NCBI GenBank assembly: GCA_964016885.1 | Contig: OZ024741.1 | Span: 193,006,001 to 193,070,000 of the forward strand | DNA length: 64,000 bases | Origin: Eledone cirrhosa | Lineage: Eukaryota | Direction of reading: 5' to 3' | In this document: positions 13,153 to 26,399 of the stretch, in pieces | Numbering within the stretch: position 1 is the stretch's first letter | Layout of the letters: the number at the start of each line of letters is the position of its first letter | The notes under the pieces: model-generated | What the model saw: the letters and a program-made list of their open reading frames with translations, nothing else | What the model was told of the DNA's origin: nothing | Database searches by the model: none | Translations under genes and position numbers: made by a program

Positions 13153-13492
13153 TAAACAGTATAACAATATCTGTTTCAACACACGTTTTCAGATAAAGAA
13201 TCTTGCTAAACAAATTCAGAAACGAAATATATATATATATAAATGAAAGGTATAGAAAGTATTGTAGCAAGAAGCCAACAGTATTCCATAATATATAAGT
13301 GACTATAGCGTCAACATGGGAAAATAGTTAACGTAAGATGTGGGAAAAATAATTCAAACTCAATTCAACAAGAATCAGGATATAATTTATCCAACAGAAT
13401 TTAGTGAAATCCAGGGAAAAATCAATAGAGCCTTAACTCATGATAAAATAAAGTTTAAAATACTCATCCTTCAATTTGGGACAACTACAAAT

Positions 13493-13574
13493 GCTCTGTA
13501 TAGTCTTGAAAAGACTATTTCACGAAAACTTTCAGTGGAGATGGTCACGGTTGGAATTCGATCCTCAGCAGAGC
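13493..13574 (-). ncRNA. Type I hammerhead ribozyme motif (AUA site)
   Basis: Minus strand: gctctg CTGAGGA t-cgaa...ttcg-t GAA ATAGTCTT-ttc-AAGACTAT A cagagc. 6-bp stem I, 8-bp stem III. Confidence 0.85.
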
Positions 13575-14214
13575 TCAACACGATAGCCAAATTCTCACTG
13601 ATTAATATGCCAAAAAGGGAATTTAAAAGCAGGCTAGTTTAACATCATGCGTGATTATGAAAATAAAAGGCACATGTGGAAAAACAGGGCTGGTGACGTC
13701 AGAATGAGATGAATCTTTGTTTACATGAAACAACAGTCAAAAACATTCCGAAAAAAACTCTACAATAAGGAGTTCAGCAAAAAGCAATATTATCGCGATT
13801 TTTCTTTTTAAATACCGGGATTAGACACAAATAATTTAAGCACTCTAGGAAAGAAATCTGAGTATAAATATATAAATGAAAGGTATAGAAAGTATTGTAG
13901 CAAGAAACCAACAGTATTTCATAATATATAAGTGACTATAGCGTCAAAATGGGCTCAATGAGTTGGGTAACTTTGTAATGTTGAATAATAGTTAGTAAGG
14001 GAGACGTAGTTATCTTTATCTCGTAGTTGATATGTTTAAATAATTGAATGGAACTGACGATGGTAAGAATTTTCCGTATGACATGACAGGGTCAAAGTAC
14101 AAGTAAGATTCTCATTACGGGAAATATAATCATCAAGACACTATTTTATTAACTAGAAAATATTTTATTGCATTGACAATATTTTCAACTAAAAATATTT
14201 CATTATATGAACAT

Positions 14215-14405
14215 AGGGCGGTGAATTGGCAGTATCGGTAGAGGGTTGGACGCCATGCTTTCTAGCATAGTTATGTCCTTTTACAGTCTGAGTTCAAATC
14301 CCACCGAGGTTAACTTTGCCTTTCATCCTTACGGAGTCGATAAAATAAAGTACCAGTAATGTACTGGGTAATTGCTGGCCTTGTGCCTAAAGTAGAAACA
14401 ATTAT
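14215..14405 (+). mobile_element. tRNA-derived SINE, full-length, TSD attatatgaaca
   Basis: Same family as 11844. TSD at 14202-14213 and 14401-14412. Confidence 0.9.
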
Positions 14406-15801
14406 ATGAACAATATTATATCATATTGACGTTGTTATATAAAGTCGAAACGACTGTATCAAATATACTAAATAGTGCTACAAATTGTTCAATATCATAT
14501 TAACTAGACTAAATCATTGTATCAGCCAGACAATATTTTTTGGTTTTTGAATAACAGATTTTTATACATTTACTTTTGTCGAGTGGAGATTATTTTATAC
14601 AGCATAACGAAAGACGTCTGTGAACACCTATGCATATTTTTCAATACCTCCGACACTAGTGAGAGGAAATTATCCTTCGAGGATAATTGTGTGCTTCCAA
14701 CAGAGTGCACGCCGTTAAATACACGCAAGTTCCAGGTGGTGGTAATAAACCAAGCGACTGATTTAGTACATCTGTTAACAACAAATTGAAACAACCACTA
14801 TTGTATGAATGGCAAATCCTTAAAACTACACCCGGTGTTCTAAATGTAGAGCTATGAGGGTGTTGTATGTAAGGTATTTAAACAACTTGCTCCTAGATAA
14901 TAATTTATACTGTACTGTGTCTCAGTTCAAATAAAATGTCGGAAATATGTACAAGATAATCTGAATTATTTGTGAGAGATTGATGCTCTTTCTAGAAGAA
15001 ATATCTTTTAACCACTTTACTGCATTAAAGTATCAATTTGTAAAATATATTCATTTAGATTTTGAAATGGCCACCGTGTGTGTAAAACCAGTTTTTCTAG
15101 ACTAAGGTTTAGCATTACACTAACATGTTTTATGACATCATACAACCAGAAGAGATGGTGATTTGATTTTAAATATTGGATCTATATTCTTTTACTGTAT
15201 TATATTGTTTGGCACTCTCGTGTCTTTAGAATTCTATTTGTCACATTCTTAGCTATGACGACCTAAGTCTTCTCCAGGTCGTATTCATTGAAATTTAGAT
15301 AAGATTTCGAGATAAAGTTTGAATAATTTAACAGAAAACTGCGGGAAAAGGGAAACCATTGCAAATGAGAGGTATCAACAGCCTCGACCAAACTATAAAT
15401 CCACAATCCAATATCCTAAATGACCATTCCCAGCGCAATGTTTAATTTAACATTATCTGAAACGAACACAAAGTATACACTGAAGAAGCTATTCTCAATT
15501 GTCTACACATTCTGTTGGAATTCTACTCCATAAGAAATTGTCCGATACCACATAAGGTGAATATTTCTACACAACAAAAATTATGTAAGCAAGAAAATAT
15601 GTTTGGCTTCACCACGAGTGTCAATGGTTTCGAATATCATTGAGCAATGTCAAATTGATTAAGAAGCTTCTGTAAGCCAAATCAGTAACGCTATATGTGT
15701 GCATAGTTAATTAGAATTGCCAATTAATTCCGTCTCTTGTAGGATAACATCTGATGAACTAATAATGTATTGAAGAGGCGTTTAAATTAAGGTTTAATGA
15801 C

Positions 15802-15976
15802 AAGAAGAAGAAGAAGAAGAAGAAGAAGAAGAAGAAGAAGAAGAAGAAGAAGAAGAAGAAGAAGAAGAAGAAGAAGAAGAAGAAGAAGAAGAAGAAGAGA
15901 AGAAGAAGAAGAAGAAGAAGAAGAAGAAGAAGAAGAAGAAGAAGAAGAAGAAGAAGAAGAAGAAGAAGAAGAAGAA
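15802..15976. repeat. (GAA)n microsatellite, ~175 bp
   Basis: Direct inspection, one phase slip near 15899. Confidence 0.97.
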
Positions 15977-16229
15977 TGTTCCTGCTTTTACAATAATAGG
16001 ATGTGACAAGCTTGCTTAATTTCTCAAATGTTCATTACTTAGTATTTTGATTTTCATTAAATAGAATTAATGGGTTTATTTGACGTAAAGAGATGCAATA
16101 TCTATAGTGACAGTTTTTGTAACATCTGCGAAAGCTCACAAACCCAACTCAAGGTAGAAGCATATTCTGGATGCTATTACCATACTATTTCTCTCGACGC
16201 AACTCCTTCAAGAGAGGGCGAATTTTAGT

Positions 16230-16350
16230 GTACTTAGAACGGTGGATAAATCGGGTCGTGGTATTTGTTCCGGTTCCCTACGATGTGAGTTCAAATCTCG
16301 TTGTGGTCTACTTTGTTTTTTATCCTTTCTGGGTCGACAAAGAGAGTACT
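16230..16350 (+). mobile_element. Diverged SINE remnant
   Basis: gagttcaaatctcg..ctactttgtttttatcctttctgggtcgacaaa resembles box B plus the SINE core. Confidence 0.55.
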
Positions 16351-17229
16351 AGCACCATGCTAGTAAAGCCGTCTCTTCCTCTAGCTGTTAGAACCTGAAC
16401 GTTCCGCTAGGGTACGGGTTGAGAGTGTGTTTGTGCCTGCTTGTGATTAGATGGGGACCTAAGCCCATTAGCAGAAGCTTGGTAGACGTTATCAAATTAT
16501 ACACAATTGCGAGTGACGACTGGAGTTAGATTCTTCAAATCGTAATCTCTTCAGCCATCACTCTGATAATCATCTAACTAGCAGACTCTCCCGCCAATCG
16601 TCCATGTATAATCACGGAAAGTTCTATTTTCTCTATGTGTCGAGGACAAGTACGTTTGATACAATTCAAACTTCTTTCTTAAAATCTCAGACCATGTTAA
16701 ATGAAATGGTTCAAACTGAGACATAACCTGGTCCATGTAATTTCATATTCAGTAGTGTACTATTACTCCATGGGATTTGTGCTTCTAAATTCTAATGTTA
16801 CACTTCTGAAGTTGTTTGGTAACTAACATATCTACTGGAATGAGACATTCAACAATATAAATTTGGATTGAGCTCACGGGTTTCAAGCTGCAGTTGGCAG
16901 CAAAACAAGAAATTGGGTTCAGAGGATGTAATAAACGTAAAAGCTCTAAATATAACTCTTGTTCACTGAACTTGGTCTCAACTCAACTTTATCCAAGAAT
17001 ATTTCAACCAAGATTACCACAGATTACTAATAACAGTAAACCTAGAATGTAGCTGTTACTTTATTTTATCGGACCAAACTCTGCGGAATATGAACACAGA
17101 ATATTCATGAAAATGGAATTACAAAAAAAAGAAACTAAAAAAGAAATGGAGAGATAAACTAGTCTACAGTAAATAACCACAAGCCTCGACAGAAAGGAAG
17201 GATGCCAAAATCAATAATGACTCAAATGC

Positions 17230-17760
17230 TCTGGAGTGTAAGCAAAAATGAGATGGATTCTCGCAGTACAAATATCATATCTAGCTACAAACAACTATAA
17301 AACAAAATAATAAAAACGGATCCTAATACCAAATAAAGAATGTTCAACCAGCACAATGAGATAGTTGACCACATGATCTCCAGAAGCTCAGTCTTTGCCA
17401 AGTCGGCATATATACACAAATATGATTGAGTTAGCAGTTATATACATTGAGCAATACTCCAACACTTCCCTCTGAAAATTGGCATGAAGTAGCATACCAA
17501 ACACGGTACATGCCATCAACCAGGCTCCAATCATCTGGGATATGCCCGTCTAAGCTAATAAAAGTAGTCAAGTCAAACCGTCCAAATGTAATAATTAAAA
17601 ACAGAAAAAACGCATGCACATTGATAGTCATCGCAATCCCTTCTGATCAAAGTACTGCCGGCCAAGATGTGGATAAACTGTTAAAATACAAGTATCTTGA
17701 AATTGTAATATACAAATTGTGAAGAATAAAGGTAAAAGTAGTGCCAATTATCATCTTCCT
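17230..17760 (+). pseudogene. Highly decayed RLE retrotransposon C-terminal fragment (CCHC remnant and PD..D nuclease)
   Basis: EIVDHMIS, KSNRPNVIIK..ACTLIVIAIPSD and KLLKYKYLEI..VVPII resemble the C-terminus of the 26552 element. Confidence 0.7.
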
Positions 17761-18149
17761 GCACAAGACATTATCGATTCAGCAAGTCAGCACATATAGA
17801 ACAATCTTCACAAACTACGCACACCCTACACAATAAGCATATAAAAATAATATAACACAACTTTAAAACACAAATAATATAACACAAGATTACTAAATAA
17901 GAATAATATCCAATAAAATAACACAAATCACATTACACTCACTACACATAACGGAACAAACACTAGAATAAAACAAGAAACTACAAGCTAAACCCAATAA
18001 CAAAATATGACTGATGCAGTAGACTAACAGAAGACGTCTATGCTACCCCAATCTCCAGAAAAATAGCAACATAATGCATCACAGACTTCAGGAATATGGG
18101 GGTGCAGCGGCTGTTGCAAAGTCGTATGAAACTATCGAAGAAGGAACAA

Positions 18150-18452
18150 ATAATTGTTTCTACTTTTGGCACACGGCAAGCAATTATCCCAGTGCATTAC
18201 TGGTACTTTATTTCATCGACCCCGTAAGGATGAAAGGCAAAGTTAACCTCGGCGGGATTTGAACTCAGATCGTAAAGGACGGTAACTCTATACTGCAAAG
18301 CATGGCGTCCGACCCTCCACTGATACTACCAATCCACCGCTCATACAAGAAATAATTGTTCTACGTTAGGCACAAGGCCAGCAATTATCCAGTGCATTAC
18401 TGGTACTTTATTTTATCGACCCCATAAGGATGAAAGGCAAAGTTAACCTTGG
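18150..18452 (-). mobile_element. Two tandem SINE copies (full 18150-18342; truncated 18352-18452 with 18-bp TSD)
   Basis: Reverse-complement SINE. TSD gctcatacaagaaataat at 18339-18356 and 18452-18469. Confidence 0.88.
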
Positions 18453-18469
18453 CTCATACAAGAAATAAT

Positions 18470-18720
18470 GATAGTGATTTCTTTTATTGGCCATAAGTGT
18501 TCAAGATAAGAGCAAAAACATCATAAAGGAAATGGGACTGTATCAAAAGGTAAACAGGAGGTATAACAATATGAGTAATTGTAATAAATAGTCATGATAA
18601 GAATGTAAAACAATAAACAAATGTCAACTAGTAACAGTATCTCAATAAGGGGGAACTGCGCTTTAGAGTATTTCCAATGAGATCCTCAAACAAAACTACT
18701 ATACCTATCAAGAATGACGG
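18470..18720 (-). mobile_element. Diverged Tx1-family 3'UTR fragment
   Basis: tttcttttattggccataag and caataagggggaa match Tx1 3' ends (cf. 30208-30230, 30375-30390). Confidence 0.5.
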
Positions 18721-18794
18721 GATGTCGGGATCGTTTGCAACTAGAAAATAACTATTACATATGTATTGGAAGACTACAAAATTATCTAGCACTT

Positions 18795-19013
18795 ATTGGT
18801 TTCTGATTTAGGCACAAGGTCAATAAAGTTGGCTGAGGGGAAAGTAGATTTGATCGACCCTAGTGCATTACTGGTCCTTTATTTTATCGACTTCGTAAAG
18901 ATGAAAGGCAAAGCTAACCGCGGCGGGATTTGAACTCAAAACGTAAAGGTACATAACTCTATACCGCAAAGCATGGTGTCCGAAGCTCTACCGATTCTGC
19001 TCATCCACCACCC
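18795..19013 (-). mobile_element. tRNA-derived SINE, longer variant
   Basis: Reverse-complement SINE with the extra segment also seen at 56700-56750. Confidence 0.85.
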
Positions 19014-19573
19014 TTATCTAGAAAATAATAAAGGGAAACTATTTCAAGAATGCATAAAGCAAAGACAGTACAAGAAATAGATTTGTCTTCAATGTGGTGA
19101 ATAGGTAAAGTTATTACACTGTTATATCCAATATTTACGGCATTTGTTCTGGATTTCAGCTTTCACATACTTATATTAGTGGAATTATTAGAACTAGATA
19201 CCTTGCTGTATTCATTCTGGTTACTTCCAATCAGAATTCAAATCCCGCTGTGGTTTTCTTAAGTGGTACACGGCCACCCAGTTTAACACCTAAATCATCG
19301 ACTAAATTGTAAAACTGCAAAATAGACTGAAGTAATTCACAGCTGTGAGAGTAATACAAAAACAAACTGAAAATAGAATTGCAAATTTAGGCTGGCAGTT
19401 CAGGACTTTTCATATTTAAAGTAGTGAGTCGTAATATCAAACGAAATTTACTCAAAGTACTTTCAAAACAACAGATAACACAGAACAGAGATATATTACT
19501 AAAGGTAATTATGCACACAAAGATGTTCCTGGTTGTGTAGCGAGAGCACGCCATAAATATAAGATTACTGGAA

Positions 19574-19574
<1 letters not shown>

Positions 19575-19626
<52 letters not shown>
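19575..19626. repeat. (AAT)n microsatellite; 3' tail/target of the adjacent Tx1
   Basis: Direct inspection. Confidence 0.95.
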
Positions 19627-19628
<2 letters not shown>

Positions 19629-19871
19629 TTTTCTTTATTAACCACAAGGGTTTACATAAAGTAGACATTAAGGACAGTACAGGACAATACAGGACGGTAC
19701 AAATGGGCATTTCTGCGTGTAAAAAAAACAGAGGATGAAATAAAATAACAAAGAAAAATTCCCCAATAGGGGGGAGACTTCCGAGGGACATTTGTGGAGA
19801 AAGCCCATTAAAAGACCACAGTGGCCCTGACCACCAGGGCAAGTGCCCTCTCCCAGTTTTCCACCTTTAAT

Positions 19872-22800
19872 TTACGGACACATACTCAGAGAAGGCCCAT
19901 TCATTCGGGCCATACTTGCTTCTCTCACCCATCTTTCAACAAAATGCTGGGAAGAGAGCACTTCCCTCTCTACCCTGATTTTCATTTTCAGATGAAATTT
20001 GAAAAAGTTAATCAGGGCATCACCGAAGAGGTAAGTGCTCGTCTTCAGCCCTTTCAAACGTGTCCACCATACTATCTCTTTCGCCATGGCCACCAGACAG
20101 ATAAAAACTGCCTGCCCTTCCCGGCTAAAGGAAGAGGGCGGGGCAATCCTCACGATGGACTCAGCTGATAGCTGGATCCGTCCTACACGTGACAGCAGGT
20201 GTTCGACATAAACCCACAAGTCAGCAATGCTCGGACACTGGACGAGTGCGTGCAGGACGGTTTCGTCGCCCTGTGCGCATCTCGGACATGCCCGGCTGAT
20301 GGCACCTCCATGCCTGTAAAGTTTATCCCGAACTGGCAAAGCACCCCGGTAGCACTGCCAGGCCAGGGATTTCTGGAAGTTGTCCATAGGCCCCGGCCCG
20401 AAAGTCCTTCCGAAGAGATTGGCTAGTTGATTTTCGTCGACGCGTGATTTTCTCCAAGTACGTCGTCGCTCTTCCCCTCCACTAATCCCCTATAGAACGC
20501 CAAGGTGGAGTTTCCACCGATCACATTGCCCGATTGGTCGAGGGCTGTGAGCGCCTGAAGACATTCCAGTCTCCAAGCGCTCCCTCTTGTTCTTCGCTTG
20601 ACCCAGGACTGCAGCTCCGTCAAGAAGACGAGCTGGGGAAAGACGTGTCTAGCAAACGGCGACCACACCTTATCACCGTCGAGGAAGAGGTGGAGATGTC
20701 GTAGCCTGAGCGCGTGTCTGCGCATCATCAGCCACGGCATGCCCAGCCCTCCACGTAGCGGGTGTTGACAGTAGATGGACCGCCTGACCATCGGAGCACG
20801 TCCTTTCCACAAAAAGCGAAAGAGCAAACGCTCCAGCGCAGTCAGGCGGGGCTTAGGAAAAGGTACGACGGTCAGGCGGTAGTAGATGACGGACGCGATG
20901 TACGCATTCGCTACCTCCGCTCGACCTTTCAGGGATAGCTTCCTCTCTACCCATTTCTGGGTGAGAGAAGCCACTCTGCTCGTGACCTCGTCCCAGTTTT
21001 TGTCCGTCTGGAGGTCCGGACCGAACCAGACCCCTAACAATTTAACTGGTCCGTCCGTCCAGCGCCCGACGACGCTGTTGGACGGCATGGACCTGCCTCT
21101 CCAGGTGCCGAGCTGCAGGCCCACTGAATTTTCCTGGTTGATCATTGCTCCTGTCACCGCTTCGTGTAGTGCCGATTGCCTCGATGTGTTTGGCGTTCGA
21201 CACCACTACGGTGACATCGTCCGCATATGCTAACACGGATCTTCCGCATCCTAGTTCGCGCGGGACCCCCTCAACGTCTCCAGTTTGTGCAGTAATGGCT
21301 CGAGAGTCAATACGTACAAGAGCGACGAGAGGGGACATCCTTGGCGGACCGAGCGCATGATGTTGAACGGTTCCGAAAGGTAACCGTTCACTCTCACCAC
21401 AGAGCAGATGTCGCTGTGCATGGCAGCGATCCAGCCTCTGAAGACGGGCCCATGCCAGCTGCCCTCAGGACTGCCGCTAGGTAACGATGGTCGACCCTAT
21501 CGAAAGCTTTCGACTGATCTAAATTGATCAAGGACCCACCCGTGCCAGGTTCCCTAGCTACCCTCTCTACGATGTATCGCATGAGGTGGAGGTTGTCGTG
21601 GATGGATCTGTCGGGAATGGTGCATGTCTGCGCCTCTCCCACCAGACCACCAACGACAAGCGCCACCCTCTTTGCTAGCACCTTGGCCAAAATCTTGAAC
21701 TTTGTGTTTAGCAGAGTTATAGGCCTAAAATTATCTATGTTATCCCCCTTGTTCGGATCCTTTCTCAGCAGCGCCACAGCTCCTCGGCTCACAGAACTGG
21801 GAATTCTCCCGTTCTGTTGCCAGTTGCAGTAGACGTCCGCCAAGAGGCCTCCGAACAAGTCTGGCATCTGTACGTAAAGCTCATAGGGCAGACCATCCAT
21901 ACCAGGCGATTTACCCATTGTGCAGCCAGTCATTGCCTACCGTACTTCAGCGGCTGTTATCGGCTTTTCGTAACACTCCGCCTCGGTGGCCGGGAGCCGC
22001 GCAGTCCGTCGAGGTAGACACTAAAGTCCATCCCTCGATCCGGCCCGCCGCTTCCCCCGAACAGCTGTGTGAAGTGTCGCTGAAAAGCTTCACACATTTG
22101 CTGGGGATCGAGTAGCATGCGCCGGTCGTGGTCCACCAAAGACGGATTGTGGCTTTGTTGCCACGACGCGCCTCCGTCCCCTCGTGTCTGAGAGCACGCA
22201 CCCTAGCTCTGACAACTCACCCTTCGTGCTTTGCATTGAAGAATTGGTCAAGGGCCAATTTCGCCGCAAGCACGTCGGTCGCGATGCCTTTGCTATGCGC
22301 CTCGTCTAATTTTCTAACTAATTCTCCCTCTGCTCTATTTTTCTCTATTGCTAAAGCCTTACTAAACCTAATGGAGTCTATTCTAATTGCTCTTTTCAGA
22401 GCAAACCACCACTTGTTGTTGACGATGGCCCCCGTCAACGCCCGCTTAACTAGTTCGCTAATCCGGTCTCTGTAGGCCTTGCGCGCTGGTAAGGACGCGT
22501 TTAGCTTCCAGTAGCCGAGTCCTCGTCTATGAAGCCTATCTAAGTCAAGCACACAGATCACGAATTTGTGGTCCGTGTAGCTCACTATCTTGAATTGTGG
22601 ACAGCCTATGCTAGACATATCTATTTCCCTACAAAATACTCTATCTAGATATGATCTGGATGACCCTATGCGATTTGTCCAAGTCCACATTGGCACATTC
22701 GGGAAATCCAATCGGTACCTGTCAGACAGTTCAAAACGCCTGAGCAGGTTGGTGAGGCTCTTTCACCCTCCTCCCCTATCCGCTGATCCCACACAGTCCC

Positions 22801-23247
22801 ATTGTGCATCTAAGATCCCGTTCCAGTCACCCACTAACACTAAAGAGCGGGACGTTCCAAGAAAGGTCTCCAGACGCTGGAAGAAATCAGGCCGCGCTGC
22901 TCCTGTCGGGGCATAGACGGCCACTAACCTGAAAGCTTGCCCGTCTCCGCTCGTCACGTCCAGCACCACCAACTTACCTTCTGGGTCCAGGAAGATGGCC
23001 CGTATGGCGAGATCCAAACCACTCGGAAAAAGCACAGCAACTCCTCCCCCGATCCCGGACGGCTGGGAGATGAGTACACATCGTAGCCGCCGAAGATCGG
23101 TGCGAAGGCCCGTGCTTCGGAGATTCTGGTCTCGCCGATGGTCACTACATCTATGTTTAGTGACCTGAGGTCGTTGAGCAGGTGGCCCTGCTTCCATGAC
23201 GACCCCAAGCCACGCGCGTTTATGCTGCCTATTCTGAGTGAGGTCAT
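19872..23247 (-). pseudogene. LINE ORF2 (APE-RT-CCHC), frameshifted
   Basis: MTSLRIGSINARGL, VGDWN, SYLDRV, YTDH, KSPGMDGLP, NFRPITLLN, LDQSKAFDRVDH, YADD and CPRC..HALVQC. Confidence 0.93.
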
Positions 23248-23279
23248 GTTGAAATGGAGTGGAAAAGATGGGAAAGACC

Positions 23280-25230
23280 ACTTACCTTACTTCTCGTAGA
23301 AGGACGGTTTCTCCATCCTTTTCACTGCTTGTGGCCTCCTCTGGAAGGATGTCCTTATAAATCCTCCTGGAGAGTGCTTGTCAGAAGTCTCCGATGTCTT
23401 TGGGGAATGTTTGTTTTAGTGTCATGTACGTTTTCTGTGTGATGCGAGTGATTTGTATGTGTGGAGGTGGTGTGAACTTTTGGGTTGTTGTGTAGTCTTT
23501 TTCTGTGATGCTGGTGTTGTGTTGGATGTAGTGTAATAATTGGTTGTTGTTCAAATTTAATGCTGTGTAGTGTGTATCGTTTTGGTTGTTTTGTTTTGTT
23601 TGTGTTTGTTGTGGATTTGTTTCTGTTTCGCTTTTTGGTAACTTTTGTGGTGTAGGTGATGTTGGTGCTGGGGTTAATGATGGTGATGGTGTTTGTGTTT
23701 GGGATGATGGGGTTGGTGATGCTGGTGTGGATGGTGGCATATCTGTCCTAACTTCTTTGTTCGATAGTTTATTTGTTTCCTTCTGCATTTTGTTTTTGGA
23801 GGGGGAAGGAAGAGATTTTTTTCTTTTTTGGTTTCTTTTTTCTTTTTTCCTGATACTGTTTCCCACTCCTCATCCTTACTGTTTCCCACTCCTCATCCTC
23901 ACAATCTGTCTCCAGTTGTGATAGGCCGGGGAGTGGAAAATCCTCCACAGGCGTTAGTTTTGGTTGTGGCGTGGTGGATGCTGTAGGCGCTGGTGCTAGT
24001 TCTGGCGCGTTGGGTGGTGGTGGTGTTGGTTTTGCTACTGTTACTGAGCTGGTTGCTGTTACAGTTGTTTCTGTTGTAGCTGCTACAGTTGTTGCTGCCA
24101 TCTCTGCTGCTGGTGGTGTTGATGGTTGAGTCACTGGGGTGGGTAAGAGAGGTGGCCTCAACCTTTTAGCCTGAGGGCAGAAAGCCTTTAGGTGGGTTCT
24201 TTCACCACAAACGACGCATCTAGGCCTTCTGCCCTCGACGATTACGGTGAGTTGACTGCCGTCAGTGAGGTCTATTACCTCTGGGATCTCCTCAATGCTT
24301 GTTTGGTCCGCTTGGATCAGGAGATCCATCCCAGATCCAGACCAGTTCTCCTGCTTTTCTTTCGCTATTTCGATTATCTTGGTGTTGGCTTCGATGCCGG
24401 CGAGGACGGTAGCTATTAGCCAGGGAATTTCGATGGCCGGTGGAAGGTGGGTTACCCTGATCTTCACGAGTCTCTGGCCACAATAGCTTGGGACGAGTGT
24501 GAAGTCGTCACTTCTTAATGGGGCCATGGAGTGTTCTCTAGCCTCCTGTGGGTTTCAAAGAACACGTCCACGGTTCCATATTTCTGCCCACGTCTGATGT
24601 GGGGTTTTTTTCCCACACATGTCCCAAAGCTTTTTGGATTTGGGACTCGGATGCCCGTTCCACTCGGCGCGATTTTATATTAATTGTTCGATAAGACACG
24701 GTGCATAGGCGCCGATGCTCCATTTTATTAGGCGTGGGAGAGGGGGTGAGGCTGACCCTGTACCCATCTTTCTTTACCATTTTTTTGGCTTCTTCTAATT
24801 CCTCCAGAGTTACCTGAAATGCTTCGCACTGTTTTGCTACTCTGGCAAAACTCATGGCGGTTTTCTTAATGTCATTGTTGCTGTTGTTGTTATCGTTATT
24901 TTTGTTATTATTAATTTTAGTTTCAGTTGTGGTGGTGGTGGCGTCAGTGGTGTTCGGTGTGGAAGAGTTCATTTTGGTTGAATTCATTTCGATATCACGA
25001 GTTAATTTATTTTTTTCTTTTGTTTCTGTTGTCGCTGTGGTGGTGGTGGGAGTGGCGGCTTTAACACCTGCAGTCATTGGTAATGGCGGGAAATGAATGT
25101 CTGCCTGAGACAAATTTAAAATATTGCTACTGCTTATATTTTTAGTGTTGGCAAACGTAGTAATATTTACAATGGTAGTGTCGGTGTGAGGTGTTAGTTT
25201 GTGAGGAAGGTGTGACTCTGAGACGTGCAT
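23280..25230 (-). pseudogene. Tx1-type ORF1 with zinc knuckle, frameshifted
   Basis: Thr/Asn-rich N-terminus, SFARV, CVVCGERTHLKAFC and a Pro/Thr/Lys-rich tail. Confidence 0.88.
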
Positions 25231-25444
25231 GATTTTTCAAAGAAAAATGTTTGTATGATAATTATAAAAGTTTTCATTTTGGGCTCAAGGCCCCAATCTT
25301 TTTGGGTGTCCTTTTCTGATAACAATGTATGTGCACTTATATACAGTTAACAATAAACATTTTCCATAAATAGCAATTTTAAACAACTGAAAATAACAAA
25401 CCTTTGCGGAGGTCAGGATGATACGATTTACTACGTAGGTCGCC

Positions 25445-25532
<88 letters not shown>
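25445..25532. repeat. (AAT)n microsatellite
   Basis: Direct inspection. Confidence 0.97.
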
Positions 25533-25533
<1 letters not shown>

Positions 25534-26399
25534 GGGAAGAAGACGCATGAGGTGGCGGAGGTCATGAAATCGCTCCCGTAAGTTTTGAATTTTAACATAT
25601 TTAAATCATTTGTGAAATAACAACTCTTAGTACAAATGCTACGTAAAGCACCCGGTTTGAGCCCCAAAAAATTCGGACCCAAAATATATTGTTATAAGGC
25701 TCAAATATTCAAATATTCAACTTTGTATTGTACACTATATATTCAAAAGAGAAAATGGCTATAAATGGAAGAAGAACCCCCCTCCTCTCCTCTGTCTACA
25801 CTATATAGAACAGCCAAACTCACCAACACCAGAAACTAGATACACCACCCACCTCATCACCTGTGTACACTAAACACAACAGCCAGATAACGGCAATTTC
25901 ACCACCACCGCTCACTACTGCCATCATTACCACCACTATCCCAGCACCGCCGCCACCACTCTTCACTCCTTCACTGACCACCACTGCCTCGGTATCGACA
26001 TCACCACCACCACTGTCTCAGTATCGCTACCGCCGCCAGTCTCCCACTCCTCCCAGCTGGCTGCTGCCACCACATTATAGAATTCCTACTACTAAAAAAG
26101 AGGAAGGCATCAAAATATATAGATACACTCAAAAGAAAAAAAGAAAAAACAAACAACAAAACCAAAGCAGCACAGCAACAACAGCAAAAAACGAGAAAAA
26201 CAAACAGAGAAAAACAAAAACAAAAAAAAACAAAAAACGTAAAGAAAATAAGAATGAAGAGTGAAGCAGGCGGACGGACAGAGAAGAGGGGGGAAAAACT
26301 AAAACTAAAAAACAAAAACTAAGTCAGCCATTCGAACACTACATTACAATGAAACTTATGCTTATTCATTTTTGGGACCCTTTCTGCCTGTGTGTTTGT

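Larger units (their letters stand above)
19627..25444 (-). mobile_element. Full-length Tx1/L1-clade LINE (second subfamily) bounded by (AAT)n on both sides
   Basis: ORF1 ~23280-25230 and ORF2 19872-23247 with frameshifts. 3' end aataaagaaaac(att)n. The 5' boundary at the (AAT)n at 25445 is inferred. Confidence 0.9.

Noticed and set aside
14517-14789. Possible host exon (ag..gt bounded, Cys-containing)
   Set aside because: No recognisable homology or partner exons. Cannot be supported without RNA data.
15751-15780. CTGATGA hammerhead-like core
   Set aside because: No stem II, GAAA or stem I pairing.
15794-16009. Poly-Arg/Glu and poly-Phe/Ser ORFs
   Set aside because: Translation of (GAA)n.
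25740-26330. Pro/Thr/Lys-rich ORF 25863-26264
   Set aside because: Low complexity. It may be a Tx1 ORF1 tail relic, but has no diagnostic motif.
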